A stretch of DNA of 64,000 bases from a virus (IMGVR_UViG_3300010163_000010:32001-96000), one strand, 5' to 3'; positions 49,259 through 58,699 are shown, counted from the stretch's first letter. Numbers and translations: made by a program. Notes: generated by a model not told the origin, from the letters alone.

Positions 49259-49368
49259 AACAGTCATATAACCCTACTGTACTATGGTGTGTATTCTGGG
49301 AAAGTCTTTTCCGGGTACATATTATAGTAGTGAGATGTAGAGGTGCATAGCCGTTGGCGTGCACCTCT
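49259..49368 (+). promoter_or_regulatory. Tandem late-type (49259-49270) and early-type (49316-49333) motifs plus leader hairpin
   Basis: AACAGTCATATA; TACATATTATAgtagTGA; stem AGAGGTGCA/TGCACCTCT. Confidence 0.6.
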
Positions 49369-49425
49369 GTCTTCTCTTCCCGTCCACGGATAAGGGTTAG
49401 ACAAATTTTACAGGAGGAATGATCT

Positions 49426-50061
49426 ATGGGCAAGAAGAACAAAAGCTTGAAGTACTACAGGGACTACGGCAACAAGAAGAAGAAGTCCAAGAAGAGCAAG
49501 GGTGGTAAGAGCTACTACGGCAAGCCCCAGTGCAAGGATGTCAAGCTGACCCTGGACAAGAAGGATGTCAAGGAGAACCGGAAGATCGTCATGAGCCCGG
49601 TCGACATCCCGGACAAGTTCGCCAAGAATCGGGCCAAGTGCAACCACGCCGGCCAGATGATGAGTGTCGACGACTACAAGAGCCTCACGCCGAACTATGC
49701 GGCGTACACCCCGATGCTGGACTGGGCGGTTAAGAAGTACGGTGCCAACCACGTCCACGTCTGCCGGAGCTGCTTCGACGTTGTGGTCGATCGCGACGTT
49801 GTCGACAGCGACAATGTCATCGACGCCTTGACCACGCTGTACGTGGCTGTGAACGTCGCCGTGAGCAACAAGCGGATGAAGGATGATGAGGTGAAGTCGT
49901 TCAACAAGATGAAGGGCCAGCTGGATGACTTCCGCCAGCTGATCGAGGTCTTGGGCGAGATCAAGCTCTGCTCTCAGCAGAACGGCTCGGGTTCGAATCC
50001 GACAGGCGTCACCGCCGGCACGCCGGTTAACGCTAACGACGGCAGCGTGTTCATGCGCTAG
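49426..50061 (+). CDS. Basic, strongly codon-biased hypothetical protein with C/H zinc-like motif
   Basis: Lys-rich N-terminus, CNH...CRSC; AGGAGG RBS. Confidence 0.85.
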   Translation: MGKKNKSLKYYRDYGNKKKKSKKSKGGKSYYGKPQCKDVKLTLDKKDVKENRKIVMSPVDIPDKFAKNRAKCNHAGQMMSVDDYKSLTPNYAAYTPMLDWAVKKYGANHVHVCRSCFDVVVDRDVVDSDNVIDALTTLYVAVNVAVSNKRMKDDEVKSFNKMKGQLDDFRQLIEVLGEIKLCSQQNGSGSNPTGVTAGTPVNANDGSVFMR

Positions 50062-50073
50062 ACATGCATACAA

Positions 50074-50103
50074 AACGGGGTCCTTCGGGGCCCCGTTCTT
50101 TTA
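50074..50103 (+). terminator. Intrinsic terminator
   Basis: AACGGGGTCC TTCG GGGCCCCGTT followed by T run. Confidence 0.8.
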
Positions 50104-50152
50104 CTCTGCGTATGCGTATACGGCAGTCCTATTGTATTTGTATCGTATGACA

Positions 50153-50164
50153 AACAACAGTATA
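50153..50164 (+). promoter_or_regulatory. Putative late-type promoter AACA-N6-TA
   Basis: AACAACAGTATA upstream of gyrB. Confidence 0.55.
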
Positions 50165-50206
50165 GAAACTCAGAATAGTATGAGTTTAAAGGAGTGAGAA
50201 CCGCAA

Positions 50207-52579
50207 GTGGCAACCAAGTATGATGCCAGTTCGATTGTTTCGATTAAGGACGACCGGACAAGGCTGAGACTGCGTCCTACGCAATTTATTCCCAGCACCT
50301 ATGCCGATGGTGCATTGCACATTATCTTCGAGATCATTGATAACTCGATCGATGAGTTGTCCATTGATGATCCCGTTGGTAATCACTTGTCCGTGACCTT
50401 CGACGTTAAGACCAAGGAGGTCACGGTTATCGATGATGGCCGCGGCATTCCGCAGGAGCGGCTGCTTGAAGTGTGCACAGTACTGAATACCTCGGGCAAG
50501 TTTAACAACACCGAAGAGACTGCCTATGCGCATAGCGGTGGTACGTTCGGCGTTGGATACAAAACTGCGGTGTTCCTTTCCAAGACATGTGAAGTGACGT
50601 CTATGCGAAAGGGCAAATCATTGACGTATAAGTTCAAAGACGGCCTCTTGACTGATACGATCAACACAAAATGCAAAGAGCATGGCACCATGACCAAATT
50701 CACCATCGATAACGATATCATCGAGATCAATGGTGTTTCGGTTGAGGACATCAAACAGCGGCTGTATGAGAAAAGCTTCTGCTTCCCTGATATTTATATC
50801 GTGTTTACGATACTGGACGACGGGAAAGAGGTTAAGACTCATACGTTCTTTGGCAATACCTTGCTCGACTTAGTGAAGAAGGATAAGCCGGATACCGAGA
50901 TCATCCAGGTGTCTGATTCCCGTAAGGTTCGATTGTTGAAGAACATTGCCGATGATGACATCAGTGAGATTAAAGTAGTGACTGAAGCGGCTTTCGCGTT
51001 CAAAGATGGTGCTCTTGATGCTGATACTGATACCTTCATCACAAGCTATGCGAATAGCATTAAGACCTACGATGGTGGGTCGCATGTTGAGGGGTTGAAG
51101 CTTGGCATTGTGAAGTTCTTTAAGGAAGTCGTTGTTCCTAAGTTTGGCAAACGGGACAAGGGTTTGCCCGTTATGCCCAGCGACATCACTTCTGGTCTGT
51201 GTGGTGTCGTTAGTGTTAAGCTCAATAAACCGGAATTCAGCGCTCAGCACAAGTCCAGGCTGACCAACACTGAGGTAAAGTACGCGGTCAGGGATGCCGT
51301 GTTCGATACCCTCAGTGAGCAGAAGCCGGCTGTGATCAATGCTATCGCTGATTTCGTCAAACGTGTCACCAGAGGACGCATTGCGTCCAAGAAGAGCCGA
51401 AAGAAGGATGTCGACAATGCATTCTCAAATGACCGGATTGTGATGTATACCCCGATCATCTATAACATGAAAACGACTTCTCCGGAATTGGTGCTCGCAG
51501 AAGGAAACTCTGCGGCATCTGCAGCAGCCACTGCCAGGGATCCGAATAACCAGGCGATCTATATGGTTAAGAAGCCGAAGAACGTCTACGATGTTGACAT
51601 TGATGACGTGGCCCGGACGACCCTCGGTGTGTTCAACAATCTGTGTGACATCTGCAACATCGAACCTGGCAAAAAGTGTGATCCCAGCAAATCCACTATG
51701 CAGAGGATTCTCATGCTGACCGATGGTGATGTCGATGGTGATAATATCGCTGTGTCAGTGGTTGCGCTCTTTGCTAAGCACTGTAAGCCGATGATCGATG
51801 CGGGTATGATCGGACGCATTCTGCCTCCGGCGTATTCGTTTACGACTAAGAAGGGCAAAACTCGCTTTGTGCGATCTAAGCGTGAGTTCTTTGATATCAT
51901 CATGAATCGCTTTGTGTCCGAAGTAACGGTTTCGCTGAATGGGAAGAAGATGACCAATAAGCAGCTGTATGCTTTCCTGGATCATAACTTTGAATACGAC
52001 ACCGATCTTGAGGCACTGAGTGATTGGTTCTGCTGCGAGCCCAAGGCCATGGAGTATATCATCTGGAAGTACCATGGAGACTACAAAGAGCAGAAGAAGT
52101 CGTACTGGATGACCGCTATGAAGAGGTATAGCGATATCCGGGTTCTGCTGGAGAATGGTTCGGTTGTTCTCGATGGTGAGCTTCCCGGTGGTAGTTTCAT
52201 CAACATTGCTTTTGACGAGAATTTCGATAGACGTATTCGGGAATTCAAAGTCAAGCAGTCCGCGAACAGCGAGATAACCGGGTATAAGATTGGGGATTCG
52301 GATGACAAGAAGACTTTGTACGATGTGATGCACATGTTCCGGGGCTATATGCCGTCCGGGGTTAAGCGTTACAAGGGACTTGGTGAGCTGGATACGGCTG
52401 AGATGCAGGAACTCTGTATGAACCGGGATAAGCGAACGGTCATCATCTTCAAGTTCAAAGACTTTGAATCCGACATGGATAAGATTGACATCATCATGTC
52501 CACGAAGGCAGAAGCAGCAGAGGCCCGTGCGGACATCGTCACATCCATTCGTTTGGCCAATCGTGACCTGGACACCTAA
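50207..52579 (+). CDS. gyrB: Type IIA topoisomerase B subunit (GyrB/ParE-like)
   Basis: EIIDNSIDE, DDGRGIP, SGKF, GTFGVG, GGSH..G, AEGNSA, TDGDVDG, RYKGLGE. Confidence 0.95.
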   Translation: MATKYDASSIVSIKDDRTRLRLRPTQFIPSTYADGALHIIFEIIDNSIDELSIDDPVGNHLSVTFDVKTKEVTVIDDGRGIPQERLLEVCTVLNTSGKFNNTEETAYAHSGGTFGVGYKTAVFLSKTCEVTSMRKGKSLTYKFKDGLLTDTINTKCKEHGTMTKFTIDNDIIEINGVSVEDIKQRLYEKSFCFPDIYIVFTILDDGKEVKTHTFFGNTLLDLVKKDKPDTEIIQVSDSRKVRLLKNIADDDISEIKVVTEAAFAFKDGALDADTDTFITSYANSIKTYDGGSHVEGLKLGIVKFFKEVVVPKFGKRDKGLPVMPSDITSGLCGVVSVKLNKPEFSAQHKSRLTNTEVKYAVRDAVFDTLSEQKPAVINAIADFVKRVTRGRIASKKSRKKDVDNAFSNDRIVMYTPIIYNMKTTSPELVLAEGNSAASAAATARDPNNQAIYMVKKPKNVYDVDIDDVARTTLGVFNNLCDICNIEPGKKCDPSKSTMQRILMLTDGDVDGDNIAVSVVALFAKHCKPMIDAGMIGRILPPAYSFTTKKGKTRFVRSKREFFDIIMNRFVSEVTVSLNGKKMTNKQLYAFLDHNFEYDTDLEALSDWFCCEPKAMEYIIWKYHGDYKEQKKSYWMTAMKRYSDIRVLLENGSVVLDGELPGGSFINIAFDENFDRRIREFKVKQSANSEITGYKIGDSDDKKTLYDVMHMFRGYMPSGVKRYKGLGELDTAEMQELCMNRDKRTVIIFKFKDFESDMDKIDIIMSTKAEAAEARADIVTSIRLANRDLDT

Positions 52580-52593
52580 GAGGAGGAAGACTA

Positions 52594-52950
52594 ATGAAGA
52601 TTGTCGATAAGAACGTCACCAGGAACAGCATTGTCTCGATCACTGTGTTGTTGGAGAGTCCCACGGATAAGGCCGCTTACGACAAGATCGATGTGGTCAA
52701 GACTTGCCCGCACTGCGGCAAGCCGACCAAGCCGGCTCCGGACTCCTACAAGATCCTGATTCACAACCCGCTTACCAAGCCCATCCCGGGCAGTCCGGTT
52801 GACCTCGGGGAGATCCACACCAAGTGCTCGTCGTGTGGCAAGGAGATCGTTGATGCATCGCAGTATGATCTCTCGGCGTTCAACGAGGTCACCCAGTTCC
52901 TTGATCAGCTGAGGGATGCGGCTAAGAATAAAGTGAAAAGCCGGAGGTAG
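52594..52950 (+). CDS. Small zinc-finger protein between gyrB and gyrA
   Basis: CPHC and CSSC pairs; GAGGAGG RBS. Confidence 0.8.
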   Translation: MKIVDKNVTRNSIVSITVLLESPTDKAAYDKIDVVKTCPHCGKPTKPAPDSYKILIHNPLTKPIPGSPVDLGEIHTKCSSCGKEIVDASQYDLSAFNEVTQFLDQLRDAAKNKVKSRR

Positions 52951-52960
52951 ACGTTAAGTT

Positions 52961-55603
52961 ATGGCAAAACGCAAGAAACAGGAACAGAGCAGTGGACCAA
53001 TTAAACTCATACCGATTCCTGGCGGTCGGTATGAGCAGTTCCTGCACAGGAAACGTCAGAAGGAGATCAGGCAGATCCCCAAAGACTCGTATGACTATCT
53101 GACTACTTTGGTGGATATCAACGGCAGTGTTAACATCGAAGATATGTCGGAGGTTGGTGTCGGGGATTACACCCTCTCCAAAGGTCTTATCCACGCGATG
53201 AATATGAACGTTGGCCGGCAGATTCCGTGGATTGAGGATGGTCTCAAATCTGTTGAGCGCCGGGCACTGTATGCAATGTGGGTTGGCGGCTACTACGGCA
53301 ATAAGAGCATCAAAGTTGCATCTGTTGTAGGTGCCATGATTGAGAAGTATTACCCTCATGGCGACAGAGCGCCGGCTGACACCATATATCGTCTGGGACG
53401 ATCCAAGACTATGATGTTGCCGTATGTGCGGCCCAAAGGCAACTATGGTAACATGCAGGATTTGGAACCGGCTGCATCAAGATATGCTGAAGCATCTTTG
53501 AGTGATTATGCCAGAGATTGCTTCTTTGGTGATATTGGGCCCAGGAGACCGCTCTATGATGAGCGTGACACCTATGAGTACACCAGCAAAGAGCCTATCT
53601 ATCTGATCAGCCGGTATCCGAATATTCTGATGCAATGGAACTTGGGTATTGGCAAAGGAGCTGCCAGTTGGCTCGGTGCTTTCAATAGCATTGAATTGAT
53701 GAAGGCGACTCTGGATCTAATGAAAGACCCCAATGCGGTGATTGATATTTATCCGGATGCCCCAGTGCCGGTAAATATTGTGAATAAGGATGAACTTGCA
53801 GGGTGCTTTGATCGAGCTAAGTTCAAAGTGATGATGCGTGCTCCTTATCACACAATAGTAGATCAGCGCCGGTCTGGAAACAAGATTGAGGACAAGTTAG
53901 CTATTGTCTTCACGGCACTGCCTCTTGGCGTAGTTGGTAATCAGATCGCAGATGAGATAACCCGGATCAAGAAAGATGAAGCCAAGAAGGCATCCAAGCG
54001 ACTCCCCGAAGTGCTGAATGTTGAGATTGCTGTGGACGATGTATCCCCAGGTGGCATCGAGATCATTGTGGAGTATGAGCGTGGGTATGATCCGCATGTG
54101 TTGGCCGAAAAGCTCTATAAGTCCACATCGTTGGGGAAGACAATCGGCGTCAACTACAATCTGATCATTGATAATATGCCGGTTGTCAAAACGCCTCGGG
54201 AAATACTGCTGATTTGGATTAATCAGCGCTATGATCAGAAGCGTCGGTATTTTCATCAGCTGGTTATACAATCGGCTATTGATCGTGCCACCTATGATGC
54301 CCTGGTAATGGTTCTTAGCACTTCTGATGCGACCGATAAGGCCATTGCGCTGATCAGGAAATCCAAAGACAAGACTGCCGCAATCGAAGCTTTGCAGAAA
54401 GCATTCAGCATGACCAACTTCCAGGCTCGGCAGGTGATCAAGATCCCTCTTGGTAACCTGTCCAAAATGAGCATCACCGAGGTTATTCAGAAGCGTGATG
54501 AGGCGATTAAGTCCTATAAGCACTATCGGAAAATGCTCAGTGACGATGGATCTATCCAGAAGGCGGTCTATGATGAGGTTGTGGCTGGCATGAAGAAATA
54601 TGGAAAGCCGCGAGTCGCGAACCTTATGAATTTGGAGAGCGAGGGTGTTGGATCGGATACTGATACAAAGTATTTGATCTATAATTCCGAGTATTACTTC
54701 TGTGTGGATAAGCCGGAAGATTTACCTGGAATCATTGATTCGTTGAACAACACCTATCAAATGGTTCAGGTTCAGAATTCTGATAACGTCCTGGTGTTTA
54801 CCCGTGCAGGTAAGTTAAAGATTCTTAATGGCTATGCATTTAATCTGACGGATACCGGAATTGCTGTCAGTACCCTCGGGATCAAGGATATCGCTAGTAT
54901 CGTGAACGGCAACCCAACCAGAGAATATATGGATCTGGTGATGGTTACTGAGCAGGGATACGGCAAGCGCATATCATTTGCCGAGGCGACCAAGTCCGTT
55001 AAGAGCAGCGTCATTAACCTGAGCACCGGAGATTCCCTTGCAGCGGTGATTCCGGTGAAGACAAATAATCACCCGGATTCGATTATTGGGATGATTCAGG
55101 GAGACAAGATGTATTATTTGCGTCTTGACAGCTTCCCGGTCTACAAGAGAGCCTCTGCCGGCAATCGACTCATCAAGGGTGTAAAAGATCTTCAGATCAC
55201 TGGAGCAGTATACTTTGACGCCACCGATGGGTCGAACTATATGCTGATCTACGGGGAATCTGGATATATCAAGCTTCTTGATATGGCGTTCCTGTCGTTT
55301 GCTAAGCGCGGCAATAACTCGGTGTCCCTTCAAGGTAAGAAGATTATCGGCGCTGCGCTGATTCACGGCAAACCTAAAGCGTTGTCGAATCATGACCCCG
55401 AGGCAGATACACGGTCGGAGTTTGACGACAGCGTTATGTTGTACTGGGGCAAGGGCAAACTGGAAATCAACTTGCAGATCGGCAAGACTGTGCTGTTCAA
55501 AGCTGCTACCGGCGAGACACAGAAGTTCAAGATGTCAACATCGATTGGCAGCCCGGTAAAAGTTCTGAAGGTATCCAAAAACGAGTGGTACCATATTCAG
55601 TAG
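52961..55603 (+). CDS. gyrA: Type IIA topoisomerase A subunit (GyrA/ParC-like) with beta-pinwheel CTD
   Basis: DGLKSVERR, KVASVVG, YPHGD, GNYG, AASRY (catalytic Tyr), P.IL..GIG.G, CTD repeats T..G..K. Confidence 0.93.
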   Translation: MAKRKKQEQSSGPIKLIPIPGGRYEQFLHRKRQKEIRQIPKDSYDYLTTLVDINGSVNIEDMSEVGVGDYTLSKGLIHAMNMNVGRQIPWIEDGLKSVERRALYAMWVGGYYGNKSIKVASVVGAMIEKYYPHGDRAPADTIYRLGRSKTMMLPYVRPKGNYGNMQDLEPAASRYAEASLSDYARDCFFGDIGPRRPLYDERDTYEYTSKEPIYLISRYPNILMQWNLGIGKGAASWLGAFNSIELMKATLDLMKDPNAVIDIYPDAPVPVNIVNKDELAGCFDRAKFKVMMRAPYHTIVDQRRSGNKIEDKLAIVFTALPLGVVGNQIADEITRIKKDEAKKASKRLPEVLNVEIAVDDVSPGGIEIIVEYERGYDPHVLAEKLYKSTSLGKTIGVNYNLIIDNMPVVKTPREILLIWINQRYDQKRRYFHQLVIQSAIDRATYDALVMVLSTSDATDKAIALIRKSKDKTAAIEALQKAFSMTNFQARQVIKIPLGNLSKMSITEVIQKRDEAIKSYKHYRKMLSDDGSIQKAVYDEVVAGMKKYGKPRVANLMNLESEGVGSDTDTKYLIYNSEYYFCVDKPEDLPGIIDSLNNTYQMVQVQNSDNVLVFTRAGKLKILNGYAFNLTDTGIAVSTLGIKDIASIVNGNPTREYMDLVMVTEQGYGKRISFAEATKSVKSSVINLSTGDSLAAVIPVKTNNHPDSIIGMIQGDKMYYLRLDSFPVYKRASAGNRLIKGVKDLQITGAVYFDATDGSNYMLIYGESGYIKLLDMAFLSFAKRGNNSVSLQGKKIIGAALIHGKPKALSNHDPEADTRSEFDDSVMLYWGKGKLEINLQIGKTVLFKAATGETQKFKMSTSIGSPVKVLKVSKNEWYHIQ

Positions 55604-55618
55604 AGAGAATATTCGAGA

Positions 55619-55678
55619 TATATACTATATCGGTGAAGTGAGGGGACGTGTTCAGTAATATGCTGGGCACGTCCCCTC
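55619..55678 (+). promoter_or_regulatory. Putative early promoter plus 5' hairpin
   Basis: TATATACTATAtcggTGA then GAGGGGACGTG/CACGTCCCCTC stem. Confidence 0.7.
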
Positions 55679-55702
55679 CTTACATTTACAACAGGAGGTT
55701 TC

Positions 55703-57043
55703 ATGATGAAAGGCATTATCATTAACAGCCAGACCAGTGCGGCTATGCTCTCCACGTTTTTGGAGGCGGCTGTACCGCATCTGAAGGTGGAGAACATCTC
55801 CGCCGGCCAGAAGTACTATACCTTGGCTGTCGACAATGGGGTTCTGCGGCTGAACCACGGTGTCAAGGTTGGCATTGAGCAGTGGGGCACCAAGCTCGAC
55901 TCCGACTTCGCCAAGCTGCCGCTGTTGCCTCTGTCGATGGGCCAGGAGATGGTAGAGAAGGTCATCAGTAACTCCAAGGGCGGCATGTTCGATGTGAACA
56001 GCCCCGACCAGCTGTATGAGTACTACTCAGTGATCTCTGAGAATATGATGATCGTGGTTGATCCTAAGCTCGCGGCTGGCGTTTGCGGAGGCAAATTCAG
56101 GATCTATCGGATTCCGGCGAGTATTGTTGATAGTGAGTGGGCTGTGGTATCGGTCTTGCGTTATGAGGGAGCTACCGTCGGGACTCAGCAGTATAAGACG
56201 TTTGGTGTTGAGTGCTATGACGAAGAGGATCTTTGCTGTATTGATAGGTGGCTTGCCATCAACTGCGGTGCTCGTACGATTGAGGAGGCCACGGGTATCA
56301 AGCCCATTTACGAGGGCGACTCTCTGCTCAGTGCATACTATGCCTTGCAGCTTATCACTGATGCTGGGCAATATGAACCCAATGATACCGAGATTGAGTA
56401 TCACTTCGGCCCCGGTTGGGACAATGCGCATCAGGCCAAGAAATTAAGCCTTGCCATTGGGATGGTACCCAAAATGTGCGGGTACACCCATAATGATGAC
56501 GAGGGAACTGGTCGTGCGTTTATGGGTATGCTCTATAGCGAGGATGGCATCGTTGCCCAGTATATCGCGGGTTATCACATGCCCACCGAGGAGCAGCTCA
56601 ATCAGCTCTATAACATGCATTACCAGATTGTGGATTTGATGGTTGCTGGTAAGTTGGAAAAGACCATGCCGGATTACACCGACAAGTTCGAGTCGTATAT
56701 CCAGTATACCGGCACTAACCTCTCTAGCTGCATTGCTATGTTAGTGGACCTTACCGATGATGCTGTATCTGCAGAAGACAACGTGGATATCGATGAGCGG
56801 GAATCCAATCCTGGTAATGCTGCCATTGCGCAGCTTGAACGCTGCGGATGCTCGGAGGTCTACTGCAACTTTGACATCGGCAATACCGAACATATCACTG
56901 GCGCGGTGTGCACGCCTGACGACGAGGACGACGAGGACGAGCCGGAGAAGTTCGTGAGGTCTGCGTGCCCGTTTATGTATCCCTGCTACGGGATTAACTG
57001 CAAGGCCATCGAGGCCAGGGACGATGAGGACGAAGGCGACTGA
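55703..57043 (+). CDS. Hypothetical acidic protein with Cys-rich C-terminus
   Basis: 446 aa, AGGAGGT RBS. Confidence 0.85.
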   Translation: MMKGIIINSQTSAAMLSTFLEAAVPHLKVENISAGQKYYTLAVDNGVLRLNHGVKVGIEQWGTKLDSDFAKLPLLPLSMGQEMVEKVISNSKGGMFDVNSPDQLYEYYSVISENMMIVVDPKLAAGVCGGKFRIYRIPASIVDSEWAVVSVLRYEGATVGTQQYKTFGVECYDEEDLCCIDRWLAINCGARTIEEATGIKPIYEGDSLLSAYYALQLITDAGQYEPNDTEIEYHFGPGWDNAHQAKKLSLAIGMVPKMCGYTHNDDEGTGRAFMGMLYSEDGIVAQYIAGYHMPTEEQLNQLYNMHYQIVDLMVAGKLEKTMPDYTDKFESYIQYTGTNLSSCIAMLVDLTDDAVSAEDNVDIDERESNPGNAAIAQLERCGCSEVYCNFDIGNTEHITGAVCTPDDEDDEDEPEKFVRSACPFMYPCYGINCKAIEARDDEDEGD

Positions 57044-57047
57044 TACC

Positions 57048-57152
57048 GGAACCCACCAGCTTCAGTAGCCAGAATTCCATTCTGTACGGTTGATCCTGCT
57101 GGCGTTGTCATCGGAGGAATCGGTATTCCCTTACTATAAATCGTCGCCGGCG
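57048..57152 (-). repeat. Dispersed in-frame variable cassette D (105 bp)
   Basis: Reads PPATIYSKGIPIPPMTTPAGSTVQNGILATEAGGFR; sits between the stop codon at 57043 and that gene's terminator. Confidence 0.8.
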
Positions 57153-57162
57153 GTAGAAAGGG

Positions 57163-57199
57163 AACGGGCAGGGGTTATTTACCTGCCCGTTTCTTTTTC
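57163..57199 (+). terminator. Intrinsic terminator
   Basis: AACGGGCAGG/CCTGCCCGTT followed by T run. Confidence 0.8.
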
Positions 57200-57203
57200 T
57201 TTG

Positions 57204-57215
57204 GACATCACTATA
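57204..57215 (+). promoter_or_regulatory. Putative late-type promoter GACA-N6-TA
   Basis: GACATCACTATA upstream of the operon containing the RNAP beta C-terminal piece. Confidence 0.55.
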
Positions 57216-57256
57216 GTAAGATGCTTTAAGACAGGTCTTAGGGTGGTGATGTTACA

Positions 57257-58402
57257 TTGCTCAAAAAGATATTTGGGGATAGGATCTCTAAATCTCTTAC
57301 CCCTGCAGCTACAAAGACTCTTGAAAGAAAGATTGGGGAATACGTTGACCGGAACTCTGAGATTCTGCTGACTCTTGATCTGAGCAGGCGTTATTCCTTC
57401 GCCGACAATGACCGGCAGGTTGTCTATGAGGCCATGGGCGTCTCCAAAGAAGAGATGGAGAAGGCCGTGAAGGAGAGCAAGCAGATTCACAACAACAACA
57501 AGATCCAGTCAAATCCGTTCTATATCTCGTGCGTTCTTGTGTGCAGCGAATACTTTGCCAAGAAAAACGAGAGCATGGTAGTTACGGTTTTCACGTATAT
57601 GTCCCTTATGATGTGGACATCTCTTCATAAAGGCTTCTTCAAGTATGAGGCCAGAAAAGAGATTATGGACTATACCTTAGGACACTTGGACAATACGTTT
57701 TTAATTCGATCGTTCCCGTCATTATTTGCGTTCATTCAAGATAACGCAAAGACAACAGTAACTACGTACAAAGATCGTATTATCAAGTGTGAGGACACAG
57801 ACATCACATGGGTTGTGGATTCTCTTTGGACTCGGTTAAAAGGTAAGATCAAGAACATTGCTTCTGAATATTACTACAACCATGAAAAGGGAAACTATCT
57901 CAATGCGGATGAAGCCGTCTTTACCGGCAATGAGTATCGAGAGATCGATAATATCTCGTTCGATATTGATCGCCTAACCAACAAGGTATATACAAGTTTG
58001 ACGAACCGGCAATATGACAAACGGTTCATTAAATACAGCATCTCTTCTGCTAATACCTCATACCAGAGGTTGAATAATCTCATCGAGGACATTATCGACA
58101 GCGATGATGGGCGTATGCGTGCACTCATTAGCGCCATGATTGAGTTCTATGTTCAGCAGGCAGGTAAACCCATATCCTATGTAGCCAAGGGTGACTTCAT
58201 TGCCTATATGAAAACGGCATTCTCATCGAATACCGAGGTCGCTCAAATGGGTGTTATCAAGAGCACCATTGATGCCTGGCTGGCAGAGAATATGTATAAG
58301 TACGGCCGGGCAAACTACGGTAAAACGGTGAAGATTCAGTATCGCCGCTGCCTGTACATGTTCTTCGTGTTCATTATCAACTATGAAGCTAAACGTTCCT
58401 AA
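57257..58402 (+). CDS. Helical hypothetical protein
   Basis: 381-aa ORF, TTG start, GGTGGTG RBS. Confidence 0.8.
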   Translation: MLKKIFGDRISKSLTPAATKTLERKIGEYVDRNSEILLTLDLSRRYSFADNDRQVVYEAMGVSKEEMEKAVKESKQIHNNNKIQSNPFYISCVLVCSEYFAKKNESMVVTVFTYMSLMMWTSLHKGFFKYEARKEIMDYTLGHLDNTFLIRSFPSLFAFIQDNAKTTVTTYKDRIIKCEDTDITWVVDSLWTRLKGKIKNIASEYYYNHEKGNYLNADEAVFTGNEYREIDNISFDIDRLTNKVYTSLTNRQYDKRFIKYSISSANTSYQRLNNLIEDIIDSDDGRMRALISAMIEFYVQQAGKPISYVAKGDFIAYMKTAFSSNTEVAQMGVIKSTIDAWLAENMYKYGRANYGKTVKIQYRRCLYMFFVFIINYEAKRS

Positions 58403-58420
58403 TGAAAGGAGTCTTTAAAT

Positions 58421-58699
58421 ATGGATAGGCCGGCATGCGTTAAGTTCCTCACACCGGAGGAGAATGAGTGCCTGGAGTCCTTGCTCAGGGCGCAGGATCT
58501 TTTTGACACTATTTGTCAGGATGATCCGCAAAATCCCACGGATTCGTATAATTTCGGGCACTATGTCGATGCCGCTCGGAATGCCATTCTGGTGCGCGGT
58601 GCCAGGCGTATGGATCCGCAGAATCTTCTCAAGAGGAACCCGAACAGCAAGGCGGCTAAGCTGATTCCGGCTGAGGGTGAGAAGCATGGGCTTACGTAA
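58421..58699 (+). CDS. Small hypothetical protein
   Basis: 92 aa, GAAAGGAG RBS. Confidence 0.75.
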   Translation: MDRPACVKFLTPEENECLESLLRAQDLFDTICQDDPQNPTDSYNFGHYVDAARNAILVRGARRMDPQNLLKRNPNSKAAKLIPAEGEKHGLT

